Of a stretch of 64,000 nucleotides of DNA, positions 46,930 to 55,782 are shown piece after piece (positions within the stretch are counted from its first letter, which is position 1; each line of letters begins with the position of its first letter). Under the pieces are notes generated by a model, which saw only the letters and a program-made list of their open reading frames with translations, was not told the origin of the DNA and did no database searches. The DNA lies in sequence record MT661596.1. One strand, written 5' to 3'. Position numbers and translations under genes: made by a program.

Positions 46930-47373
46930 ATGTCTATCGTTATTAAAGAAACAACAAGTTTTATTGAAGCATTTAATGTATTACCTTTTATCAATAGTCT
47001 GGATGTTTATTATCCTGATATAAATCATTGGTATATCAACAAGGTTGTACCTGGGTTATCTCTAGGTGGCGATAAATTAATTATTGCATATGACAATGAT
47101 AAAGTAGCTGGGATTGCACTTGGTAAAGCCAGTGATGAGTTTAAGTTACGTTGTATTAGAGTCCATCCTGAATATCAGGGCGCGGGTTTAGGTGTACGTT
47201 TAATTGATAAGATGCTAGATGAGCTTGGCGTTATGAATCCTCTTGTTACAGTCTCAGAAGAACTCATTCACCATTATTCGCGTATCTTTGTCAATAGATA
47301 CAAGTTTGAACTTGCTCATGTACATAAAGGCTTGTATAGAGTAGGTAAATTAGAATATTCATTTAATGGGTAG
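46930..47373 (+). CDS. GNAT-family acetyltransferase
   Basis: KLRCIRVHPEYQGAGLGVRLI motif A. Confidence 0.85.
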   Translation: MSIVIKETTSFIEAFNVLPFINSLDVYYPDINHWYINKVVPGLSLGGDKLIIAYDNDKVAGIALGKASDEFKLRCIRVHPEYQGAGLGVRLIDKMLDELGVMNPLVTVSEELIHHYSRIFVNRYKFELAHVHKGLYRVGKLEYSFNG

Positions 47374-47412
47374 TAATTAATTCATTCACAATTAATAAAA
47401 GGAATAAACTTT

Positions 47413-47781
47413 ATGAAAAATAAAATTCAGACTTATATCCGTCCATTGGTAATCGAACTAATACACACACCAAACAATAAAAAACTTCCTGTTTTGGTCA
47501 CCATGAAGTGTCTTAAATTTCTCACTAACCAGCATAACAAGCAGGTAAAACCTGCTAAAAAATATAGAAAGTTTTATAATGTTGTAATGCAGTTAGATGT
47601 AGCCAAATGCTATTTAAATGATATCGATTTAGAAGTAATCGATAGTGTTATAAATCCAGAAAAAGGCACTGGTAATAATCTTCCTCCGTGTAAGAGTATG
47701 ATGGATGGTTACGACACAGTGGCTTCATTTAGTTTGCTATCGAGTAAATCCGGCTGGTATAGAAAAAAGAATTGTTTGTGA
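47413..47781 (+). CDS. hypothetical basic protein
   Basis: 122 aa, AAGGA SD. Confidence 0.7.
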   Translation: MKNKIQTYIRPLVIELIHTPNNKKLPVLVTMKCLKFLTNQHNKQVKPAKKYRKFYNVVMQLDVAKCYLNDIDLEVIDSVINPEKGTGNNLPPCKSMMDGYDTVASFSLLSSKSGWYRKKNCL

Positions 47782-47803
47782 GTCAGTGCATTCGGCTGCG
47801 CCC

Positions 47804-47840
47804 AATGATACATACGCCAGCCCTGTGTTAAAACATCGTG
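47804..47840 (+). repeat. dispersed repeat copy A with IS200/IS605-end-like hairpin
   Basis: AATGATACATACGCCAGCCCTGTGTTAAAACATCGTG. Confidence 0.65.
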
Positions 47841-47919
47841 CATCATTGGCAGGTGAGGACAATCTAAGTAATTCCCTAGAAGAAGCTAATTTAATAAAAA
47901 TGAAATGGAGTACAAATAA

Positions 47920-48384
47920 ATGAAACACTTTAATAAGAAAGTTTATACGGAATCTAAAACATGGCTAGTTGCCTGTGATGTGGACAGTTCTATTGCTGTT
48001 AATGGCTTGTTCATCTACACCGTAAAACCCGGCACTAAGAAAGTTAAGTTGTTTAAACTCATAGACACCAGCACTGGTAAAGTAATGGATAGCCACCTTA
48101 AACCAAAAGCTGGCACATTGATGTTATCTACAGGTGCCGGTTTACCCAAAGGGGGGACGACGGATGAAATTAAGACTGTTTACCCACACCAATTTCAGAT
48201 GAAGGCAGAATATGTTTTCGATGGTTACTGTCGCGGTAGTAAAAGACACTATTTTGCCGATAATGAAATTAAGGGTGTTACTCTAAAAAGTTCAAAACCA
48301 ATTGTTAGTGAGTTAGAGCACCCAACAACACTTAATGACGTACATACACTCCCGGTGTTAAAACATCGTGGTGTTCAGGATTAA
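47920..48384 (+). CDS. hypothetical protein
   Basis: 154 aa, GGAG SD; last codons (TLPVLKHRG) are read from repeat copy B. Confidence 0.72.
   Translation: MKHFNKKVYTESKTWLVACDVDSSIAVNGLFIYTVKPGTKKVKLFKLIDTSTGKVMDSHLKPKAGTLMLSTGAGLPKGGTTDEIKTVYPHQFQMKAEYVFDGYCRGSKRHYFADNEIKGVTLKSSKPIVSELEHPTTLNDVHTLPVLKHRGVQD
48334..48370 (+). repeat. dispersed repeat copy B
   Basis: AATGACGTACATACACTCCCGGTGTTAAAACATCGTG. Confidence 0.65.
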
Positions 48385-48440
48385 TTATTAAATAAGTAAA
48401 TAATTACTCATCTCACCTAACATATGAGATAATTCTCACC

Positions 48441-48469
48441 GGGCGTCTTATTAGACGTCCTTTTATGAC
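48441..48469 (+). terminator. stem-loop
   Basis: GGGCGTCT-TATT-AGACGTCC then TTTTATGAC. Confidence 0.6.
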
Positions 48470-48493
48470 AACTAATTAATAAGGTTACTCAAA

Positions 48494-49036
48494 ATGGATT
48501 TATGGACATCTGTTATAATTCTTGTAGTTATTGGATTTACTATTGGCGTCTTATGTGGTTGTGCTGTAGAACGGCTCAAGCCCTTATCATCAGTAGGTAC
48601 TTATATCGCAAGCTACCAAGGGTCATTGCGTAAGTTTTTAATGCGTTTGCATAACTCCGCATACGGTATCGATTTACATGACAACGCGTCTATTGCTGAA
48701 GTGATGGAAGCAACCATTTATAACAACTTCAAAATTGTGAGATTAAGTTCTATTGACAAACCAAGACCTAACATACTGATGGTGGTTGGTGTATTAACGC
48801 AGTATATAGAGAATTGTCGTTATTATGCGTTGCGTGAAGAAGATATGGACAACAAAGACTTACATATTGCAATAACTCCTTACGTGATGTATAAGACCTG
48901 TGTTGATAAAGATGATGATTTGGGTATCATCATCCGAGTTACTATTCCTAAGTCAAAAGAAACGGATATACTTGTTATTAAACCAGGCGAGATTGATAAC
49001 GCCCTAGTAAAAATTAAATCAGAACTTGAGTTCTAA
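48494..49036 (+). CDS. N-terminally membrane-anchored protein
   Basis: 180 aa, one N-terminal TM. Confidence 0.75.
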   Translation: MDLWTSVIILVVIGFTIGVLCGCAVERLKPLSSVGTYIASYQGSLRKFLMRLHNSAYGIDLHDNASIAEVMEATIYNNFKIVRLSSIDKPRPNILMVVGVLTQYIENCRYYALREEDMDNKDLHIAITPYVMYKTCVDKDDDLGIIIRVTIPKSKETDILVIKPGEIDNALVKIKSELEF

Positions 49037-49055
49037 TCACTACGAGGTAATTACC

Positions 49056-49517
49056 ATGTCATCCACTACCGTTGTGTTAGTCATTGCAATTATTATTATT
49101 TTATTCTTATATAACCGCATGAAGACTTATCGGGATGTTAATCGATATTCAACCAATCTTGAATTGTTTAATCAAGGACTCAGAGGTTTGCAAAAACTCA
49201 ATAACCTTGCTAAAATTAATGCGGATACTGATAACTGGAGCTACCATCAGGATGAAGAGCTAGCTCGGTTAGAAGTCAATCTAAGACATTACAAAGATAC
49301 CTGTAATGATTTAGCACGTCTTGGTAATAACTTCCTATTAACACGTCATAACCAACTTATTGATGGTTTTGACATTGTTGAGGACGGGATGGGTGCGCTT
49401 GTTTATATCAACGCATTAGGTATTAAGGAATACGGCTATTTCAAAATAGAAAGTCTTGACTTACTGACTTACAACAATCTTCTAGAACAGCACATTAAAC
49501 TTATTAAAGAACTATAA
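49056..49517 (+). CDS. N-terminally membrane-anchored protein
   Basis: start moved to ATG 49056 (GAGGT SD); VVLVIAIIIILFLY TM. Confidence 0.75.
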   Translation: MSSTTVVLVIAIIIILFLYNRMKTYRDVNRYSTNLELFNQGLRGLQKLNNLAKINADTDNWSYHQDEELARLEVNLRHYKDTCNDLARLGNNFLLTRHNQLIDGFDIVEDGMGALVYINALGIKEYGYFKIESLDLLTYNNLLEQHIKLIKEL

Positions 49518-49530
49518 GGAATTAATAATC

Positions 49531-50664
49531 ATGGCAACATCTACACAAATTATCGCATCAGCTATCCATAATTTCCATGAAGCTTATCGCGATGTATTCA
49601 TCCCCTTCAATTATGCTGAAGACGGATATATCGATACAGCTAATTACATTAACAACGGCGATTGTGGTCTTCTTACAATTGCTCTTGAATCTCATTTGAA
49701 AGCAAATGGCGTTAACTATGAGGTCATGACTAATGGCAGTCATTGGTTCATTCACGATATTGATACTGGCTTATTCCATGACGCTTTTATCATTAATGGT
49801 AATGAGCTTTGGCATATTACCGAATTTGAAGATATTAGTGTGTGTACTTCCTACCCTAAACATTTAGAAATAAGGTGGCGTATTAAATTAAACTATATCA
49901 AACCTGTTCTAGATACCTACCTAATGGATGGCGATATAGATAACTTACCATGCAATTTAATCAATGGCGATGTGTTAGCAAAAAATCGCGTTACTGACTT
50001 TATTCCTGGCGCTAAAACTAGCACGAATAAATGGGATATCAGTAATTCACTTGCGTGGGCTTTAAAACAAGTCCCTTCTCCAATTTTAGGGTTGATGGAG
50101 ATTAAAAGTAGAACCACTAATACTAAAGATGATTTCTACAAACTTAGTATTGGGTGTGTGTTAGCCGAATCATCTATTCAAATAACCGCATCTACAAAAC
50201 CAATCAAGACAGCTGGGTTTTGTGTAGAAACAACCGCTAAGAAAGTATTTGAGTGGCTATCCCAAAACACCAGGGCTAGTTTGTTCAAGTCACCTAACGC
50301 AAGTATTAGTCGAATAATGTCAACTGGGATTGCTGAAGCATTCTTTGGTGGTCTAGCAGCAAACGCTAAAGACATCGTTATGGCTAATACTGCGGCGGGT
50401 GTTAATATTACATTTAGATACTACGAAATGTGGGTTAATATACGTATGTCGCACCTCGCTGCTTTAATGGGGTTGGTTGAACTTGGTAATAAAAAGACTG
50501 AGCTTTCCGAGTTGTATAATTACAATAAAGAAATCTTGTGTGATGCGATAAATCGTAATTTAATCAAAGCGATGGGTGAGTTACCTGAACCTTCTAAAGG
50601 TGACTTCTTTCATACATGGGTGTCTGAAGAGACATACACCGGTAATAGAAAAGAAGTAAATTAA
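49531..50664 (+). CDS. hypothetical protein
   Basis: 377 aa, AAGGA SD; GDC..H..HD triad-like residues near the N-terminus, function unassigned. Confidence 0.75.
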   Translation: MATSTQIIASAIHNFHEAYRDVFIPFNYAEDGYIDTANYINNGDCGLLTIALESHLKANGVNYEVMTNGSHWFIHDIDTGLFHDAFIINGNELWHITEFEDISVCTSYPKHLEIRWRIKLNYIKPVLDTYLMDGDIDNLPCNLINGDVLAKNRVTDFIPGAKTSTNKWDISNSLAWALKQVPSPILGLMEIKSRTTNTKDDFYKLSIGCVLAESSIQITASTKPIKTAGFCVETTAKKVFEWLSQNTRASLFKSPNASISRIMSTGIAEAFFGGLAANAKDIVMANTAAGVNITFRYYEMWVNIRMSHLAALMGLVELGNKKTELSELYNYNKEILCDAINRNLIKAMGELPEPSKGDFFHTWVSEETYTGNRKEVN

Positions 50665-50736
50665 TACACTATTTGTAAAATATATAAGGGTGGTTCACAC
50701 CACCCCATTAACAACTAATAACCTGTAGAGGCAAAC

Positions 50737-51030
50737 GTGAAAATTACAACTAACGATAAACTATCAGCTGAGTTATACACTTACCTGGATGAACTTGAAC
50801 AAACTTATAAGCTATGTAAGGCAGCGAATCCCGGGAAAGTAAATTCGGTCATCAGAAAGAAAGCTAAAGAAATCGCATCTAAAGTAAAATCAGGACCTAT
50901 CTTTGACATCATGCGCGCAATCTATCTACCGTTCTTAACAGAGCCTAAATTACTTGAAGTCCTGTCATTAAGAGACAGTATCAACACCGGAGAGGTTGAA
51001 GTTATTATTACTGGAGTCGAAGATGAATAA
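50737..51030 (+). CDS. hypothetical protein
   Basis: 97 aa, GAGG SD + GTG. Confidence 0.7.
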   Translation: MKITTNDKLSAELYTYLDELEQTYKLCKAANPGKVNSVIRKKAKEIASKVKSGPIFDIMRAIYLPFLTEPKLLEVLSLRDSINTGEVEVIITGVEDE

Positions 51031-51517
51031 TTTACTTAATGTTGCAGGAATTATCTTTTTAATTATTATTACAATAAATGTTATCACGTTTATCACCTTT
51101 TGTATAAAAAGAAGACGACCTTCGAAAGTAAGTTTACTGGGTCAAACTATGTGGTCTACTGAGTCAGATACCCTTAAACGACTCGTAGGCTTGTCAAAAA
51201 CACAACCACCACGAACTCTCGATTTAAACGAACTAATCAACACAATTAAATTATACGTTAACACATTTAATGTCTCTGTTTCGATGTGTAACTCCGTAGA
51301 CAAAAACATCCAAACTAACTTACGTATAAAGGATTATGGTGTTACTGATAAAAGTGATAGCATCGAGATACTTATAATACCTAACACCACTAATGTGGAA
51401 CCTATTGTTATTACAGTGTGTAAAAATAATGCGTATGAATTTGCACAATTTATCAACGAGCATGTGACTGCAATTGACCGCAGTGTTAAAATGTACATGG
51501 AGAAATACAATGTCTAA
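51023..51517 (+). CDS. N-terminally membrane-anchored protein
   Basis: start moved to ATG 51023 (GGAG SD); TM followed by KRRR. Confidence 0.75.
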   Translation: MNNLLNVAGIIFLIIITINVITFITFCIKRRRPSKVSLLGQTMWSTESDTLKRLVGLSKTQPPRTLDLNELINTIKLYVNTFNVSVSMCNSVDKNIQTNLRIKDYGVTDKSDSIEILIIPNTTNVEPIVITVCKNNAYEFAQFINEHVTAIDRSVKMYMEKYNV

Positions 51518-51902
51518 GAAAACAACAGTTAGTGTTCATTCGGCGACTCACGATATTGAAATGAAGACTTACGTAGACCATGCTAAAGAAGAGCAAAGTA
51601 TCATCACTGCTATGTTGGCATTCTCTGTGCCTAGAATAAAGGTCGATGGAGAACTCGTTCTTATTGTTGCCGGCCCCTTGTTAAGCTACACCCTATATAA
51701 CCGAAATACTTTAACACCAAGCCGTATAGGTAACATATATCCTCAGGATAACCACATTGCATTTAGCAAAGAAGTAAAGAACTACTTTAGTAAATCCAAA
51801 AAGGCAGAACGTGAGTTCAGGGAACTGATGAAAATGATTCATATAAAGATTCTTGAAGACAATCGGGAAGCTAACCAAGGTTTTGACCCTTTGGGGTTGT
51901 AA
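51510..51902 (+). CDS. hypothetical protein
   Basis: start moved to ATG 51510 (GGAG SD). Confidence 0.72.
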   Translation: MSKKTTVSVHSATHDIEMKTYVDHAKEEQSIITAMLAFSVPRIKVDGELVLIVAGPLLSYTLYNRNTLTPSRIGNIYPQDNHIAFSKEVKNYFSKSKKAEREFRELMKMIHIKILEDNREANQGFDPLGL

Positions 51903-51911
51903 GGATAAACC

Positions 51912-52298
51912 ATGACCATAGGTTCGTTATTTATTCTATTAATTGCTTTTACAATAAGTTATCTAAAGTGGTCATTTAAACGTTACATTACCAGAGGTAG
52001 CTTAGAATCGATACTTATAAATACCATTGAGCATAAGGTTAATGAACACCTCAGTAGACTAACAGCTCACGGGAAAACCATTTCAATTACTGAATTTAAT
52101 AACTTAATTAATAATGTGGCAAAAACAGAGTATGGTAAGTTCTGGTTAATCTCTGGTCTTTACTGTAAACTTAGTACCTATGTATATAAGTCAGGTAAGT
52201 TATCACTTGATGAAACCGTATCTGTGTCTATAACGGCAGGGTCAACGACAACAACTTACGATATTGTTTGCCACCCAACACAACTAATTCTAGAGTAA
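51912..52298 (+). CDS. N-terminally membrane-anchored protein
   Basis: 128 aa, AAGGA SD, N-terminal hydrophobic segment. Confidence 0.72.
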   Translation: MTIGSLFILLIAFTISYLKWSFKRYITRGSLESILINTIEHKVNEHLSRLTAHGKTISITEFNNLINNVAKTEYGKFWLISGLYCKLSTYVYKSGKLSLDETVSVSITAGSTTTTYDIVCHPTQLILE

Positions 52299-52308
52299 GG
52301 TAATCACC

Positions 52309-52641
52309 ATGGCAATTGAAATTGTATTTAAAAACACGCTTAACTTAAAACCTTGTGAATGCGAAGGTAAACACAAAGGTCGTTTTATTGTTGACCTTAA
52401 TGTTAGACGTTTTATGGGTGGTGAAACTCGTCCTCAAGTAGGGCTTCGTTTATCCAGCACTAGTGAAGAAAATATTAAAGCGATGGTTGACAAAGGACTA
52501 TCCTTTACCGACGGTATGTCTCACAACGTCTCATCTTACACAAATGGTATTGGTGGCGGCGAGATTATCATTGAACTGTATTCCGATAAAGAATACGACA
52601 AACTTATTAATCTATTAAACGAATGGAGTAATGATGAGTAA
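52309..52641 (+). CDS. hypothetical protein
   Basis: 110 aa, AAGGT SD. Confidence 0.72.
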   Translation: MAIEIVFKNTLNLKPCECEGKHKGRFIVDLNVRRFMGGETRPQVGLRLSSTSEENIKAMVDKGLSFTDGMSHNVSSYTNGIGGGEIIIELYSDKEYDKLINLLNEWSNDE

Positions 52642-52816
52642 AGACTTATCTGCGTATTTAAAACCACCTGTTAAACAAGAGGATGAATTCTCTTTTCTTG
52701 ATAATTTGGATTTAGATGGAGCAGCTGATAAACTGCGAGAACGCATCCTTCAAGATGAAGAAACTAACAAGGTAGAAGCATCTAATGTCTGTGAAGGCGG
52801 TGGTTGCACTATTTAA
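52631..52816 (+). CDS. small acidic protein ending in an NrdA-like CxxxxC tail
   Basis: 61 aa, GGAG SD; C-terminus VCEGGGCTI. Confidence 0.75.
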   Translation: MMSKDLSAYLKPPVKQEDEFSFLDNLDLDGAADKLRERILQDEETNKVEASNVCEGGGCTI

Positions 52817-52817
52817 C

Positions 52818-52875
52818 ATCGGCATAAAGGGTAGCCCATTTGGGCTACCCTAGCTATGCAACTTCTTTTTTTTTG
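52818..52875. terminator. bidirectional stem-loop, near-identical to 5512
   Basis: GGGTAGCCC-ATTT-GGGCTACCC, GGCATA/TATGC arms, T run. Confidence 0.85.
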
Positions 52876-54210
52876 TTACATCTGTTTGATTGCTAAGTCA
52901 CACACTTTTAAAAGCTCTACACAAACGCGATGAATTGCGTTAGGTAAGCTAAACCCAAGTGATGCAACAGATACCTGAGATGACGATAAAGCTGTACCTG
53001 CATTACGTTTAACGTATAGCATACCTTTCTCTTCACCCTTACCTGTTTGTCCGTCACCCACTTTCATAACAGCAGATTGCTCAGTTAATATACGTTTAAT
53101 ACGTGCCGTTAGCGGTGTGTAGCCAGTAAGGTTGCGTTGTAACACAATGAGTAAATCAAGCGCTTTAGTTACGTCAGACAGAATCTGCTTAACCTGAGGT
53201 ACTGTTAATGTCCCAGTGTATTGGGTTTTACCTGATTCAGCGCCAATGCGTTTGAATGCAAGACGGTTCTTACCTAATGCAATTAAGTCGGCAGAGATTT
53301 CGTGAGCGGAATTACCACCTGTGGTTTTCCACATAACTTCAACCAGTGCAAAAGAACCTAATGTTGCAGGGCTGCGACGGATAAGTTTCTTCTCATCATC
53401 ACTTACATTGATTGTAGCAATTTTAGATGGTTTCCATTTAAAGGAATCTACAATCTTGCGAGCTTCTTCAAGTGTTTTTGCTTTAACTAGTTTCTCAACA
53501 CCAGCAACGATATCGCTTGAATTATCTGTCAGGTTTTCTTTCCAGAAGCTGGTAGATAATGTAGAAACAAGCTCTGTAAAAGTTTTAACATCAGCAGGTA
53601 AATTAGCTGATGGCTTACCGCCAGCAACGGTTAACATTTTAGATTTACGAGATACAGTTGCAGAACCTGATTTACCGGCGAGTTGCTTTTCAAGCTTCTC
53701 TACTTTAGCTTTTAACGCCCCACCCGTAGTCAGGTATTTATCGAGTGTACCTTTGATTTTCTGCATAACGTTGGCACCGCCTTCCATCATGCGTTCAAAG
53801 ATATTACCTTTTGCGGTATGTAACGCTTCTAACCCGCTCTGCAACAGACCAATCATTTGGTCGTTATCCATTGACTCCAACCCGGCGGTTGTAATCTGTT
53901 TTGTATAACCGACGTTGCTCAGCGCTTCATTAGCCAGATGAGTTACAATAGCGACCGCTTGCATGTTTGGTGCACCTGATTCAATCAGTGCTTCCATAGA
54001 CCCGGCGATAACAGCAACAGCATCAGCAGCACCCGCTAACTCCTCAACGTCTGCTGTTGCTTCAACAACAGTCAGTTCTTCGTGAGGTAGTTCATGTGTG
54101 ACTTCAAGAATGGCTTCCATCACTTCTTCATTATCTACGTTTGCGGGACGAAGTGTATCAACAGGGTCTAAGCTTTCTAAACCAGCAGACAAAACTAAAT
54201 TCAATGACAT
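52876..54210 (-). CDS. internal head protein (phiKZ gp93/gp162-type family) with cleavable propeptide
   Basis: acidic N-terminal propeptide with AGLES x2, SMEA and SGLEA, then a basic mature region; GAGGT SD. Confidence 0.72.
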   Translation of the reverse strand: MSLNLVLSAGLESLDPVDTLRPANVDNEEVMEAILEVTHELPHEELTVVEATADVEELAGAADAVAVIAGSMEALIESGAPNMQAVAIVTHLANEALSNVGYTKQITTAGLESMDNDQMIGLLQSGLEALHTAKGNIFERMMEGGANVMQKIKGTLDKYLTTGGALKAKVEKLEKQLAGKSGSATVSRKSKMLTVAGGKPSANLPADVKTFTELVSTLSTSFWKENLTDNSSDIVAGVEKLVKAKTLEEARKIVDSFKWKPSKIATINVSDDEKKLIRRSPATLGSFALVEVMWKTTGGNSAHEISADLIALGKNRLAFKRIGAESGKTQYTGTLTVPQVKQILSDVTKALDLLIVLQRNLTGYTPLTARIKRILTEQSAVMKVGDGQTGKGEEKGMLYVKRNAGTALSSSQVSVASLGFSLPNAIHRVCVELLKVCDLAIKQM

Positions 54211-54234
54211 TTTATACCTCTTAGGAGTTTTCTT

Positions 54235-54813
54235 GTGGCGAGTTTATATTTTTATTACAGTGCTATGAACGCGGGCAAAACCACTGCGTTATTACAAGCA
54301 GCTTACAACTATGAAGAGCGCAAAATGCGCGTTCTTACACTCAAGCCAAAAATTGATGATAGAGAGTCTACATCAAAAATTGTATCTCGAATAGGGTTAT
54401 CTCGGGACACCCTACTATTTGAACCGTCGTGTAACCTATACTATTTAGTTAACCAAATAGAACCAGGTGATAAACCGCATGTTGTTCTTGTTGATGAAGC
54501 CCAGTTTCTGACAAAAGAGCAGGTTATTGAGCTTGGCAGAGTTGTCGATGATTTTGACATCCCTGTGTTATGCTACGGTTTAAGAACAGATTTCATGAGT
54601 AATTTGTTTGAGGGTAGTGCTGCATTATTGGGTGAAGCCGATAAGCTAATTTCTCTTAAAACTATATGCCATTGTGGTCGAGCTGCACATAAAGTTCTTC
54701 GTATCGATGAAGATGGTAACGTCGTTCGTCATGGTGAGTCAGTTGAAATAGGTGGTAACGACCGCTATGTCTCTGTATGCCGTAAACATTGGCGAGCTGG
54801 TGAAATTTGTTAG
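54235..54813 (+). CDS. tdk: thymidine kinase
   Basis: SAMNAGKTT, VDEAQF, YGLRTDF, Zn ligands CHC...CRKH. Confidence 0.95.
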   Translation: MASLYFYYSAMNAGKTTALLQAAYNYEERKMRVLTLKPKIDDRESTSKIVSRIGLSRDTLLFEPSCNLYYLVNQIEPGDKPHVVLVDEAQFLTKEQVIELGRVVDDFDIPVLCYGLRTDFMSNLFEGSAALLGEADKLISLKTICHCGRAAHKVLRIDEDGNVVRHGESVEIGGNDRYVSVCRKHWRAGEIC

Positions 54814-54824
54814 AATAAAATAAT

Positions 54825-54860
54825 AATAACCCAGGACAATGTCCTGGGTGTTATGCCGAC
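54825..54860 (+). terminator. stem-loop, TTATGCCG family
   Basis: ACCCAGGAC-AAT-GTCCTGGGT then GTTATGCCG. Confidence 0.72.
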
Positions 54861-54873
54861 TATTTTATTTCAT

Positions 54874-54892
54874 ACCTATATTACCTATATGT
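54874..54892 (+). promoter_or_regulatory. putative early promoter
   Basis: ACCTATATTA-CCTA-TATGT; contains TATATTAC, the reported phiKZ early element. Confidence 0.78.
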
Positions 54893-54930
54893 CACATTAA
54901 CATATAAAGAATAACAAAAAAGGATTGGGT

Positions 54931-55290
54931 ATGGATTTAGGTGTTATTGACGCCACTGATACGCTAGGCGCATTGTACAGCAAATATGGAATTAATAATG
55001 TCATTAGCGCGGGAGTAACAAGGCATATAGGGTCATTGGTAATTCGATATAAAGTAGATATATCAGATGACTACCAAGACTCCGTGTTTAAGGAGATGTG
55101 TAACATAGCTAACCATTATGGGTATAATAATGATGTCAACTTATGTAGCTGTCTTGTAGAGGTATATAGCACTTTATATCGTTGTATGAAAACATATTTA
55201 ACTGGATTACATAACCGGTCTCTGATGATAACTAAAGTGATAGCAACAAACACAACGTATAAATTAGGACTTATGTCAGTCGCGTTATAA
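54931..55290 (+). CDS. hypothetical protein
   Basis: ATG 54931 after AAGGA. Confidence 0.72.
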   Translation: MDLGVIDATDTLGALYSKYGINNVISAGVTRHIGSLVIRYKVDISDDYQDSVFKEMCNIANHYGYNNDVNLCSCLVEVYSTLYRCMKTYLTGLHNRSLMITKVIATNTTYKLGLMSVAL

Positions 55291-55338
55291 AAGAATACAT
55301 AACTGGTTAATAGTTATGTCATCTTAATGAGGTAGTAT

Positions 55339-55782
55339 ATGGACACCATAAATGTCAGTGTTAATTTTAAACTTACTTCTAAGGAACTCCCGGAAGGTGG
55401 TAGCTTAGTAGGTGTTTGTAATTACCCGTGTTATATCACGACAGAAAGGTTTAAGGGTTTAATTAATGAACTGGTTGATGGGCTCAATCATTATTTAAAC
55501 TCACACGATGTTGAGTTCACAAAAACAATCTCGTTAGAGGAGGAACCACACGTACTTATTGTGATTCCGGTTGAATTGGATTATACCGATTTACCCGCAT
55601 CCACAGAGCCGTTAGGAGCCGTACCTAAAAACATGAACAGAACTATCAACACTTGCATGAAGTGTGTTCATGTTATACTGGAGAAGCTTTTAGAAGACCC
55701 TACCACGGTCATAACACAAACAGAGCAAGAAACTAATGTGTACAAAGATATTGGAACTAATCTTACAATGCAGCTTGGATGA
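55339..55782 (+). CDS. hypothetical protein
   Basis: 147 aa, GAGGT SD. Confidence 0.75.
   Translation: MDTINVSVNFKLTSKELPEGGSLVGVCNYPCYITTERFKGLINELVDGLNHYLNSHDVEFTKTISLEEEPHVLIVIPVELDYTDLPASTEPLGAVPKNMNRTINTCMKCVHVILEKLLEDPTTVITQTEQETNVYKDIGTNLTMQLG

Noticed and set aside
47705-47923. 72-aa ORF containing SPVLKHR
   Set aside because: It overlaps 47413, has no clear SD, and the match to 47920 comes from the DNA repeat rather than protein homology
53321-53908. 195-aa plus-strand ORF
   Set aside because: Antisense shadow of the internal head protein; no SD and a biased composition
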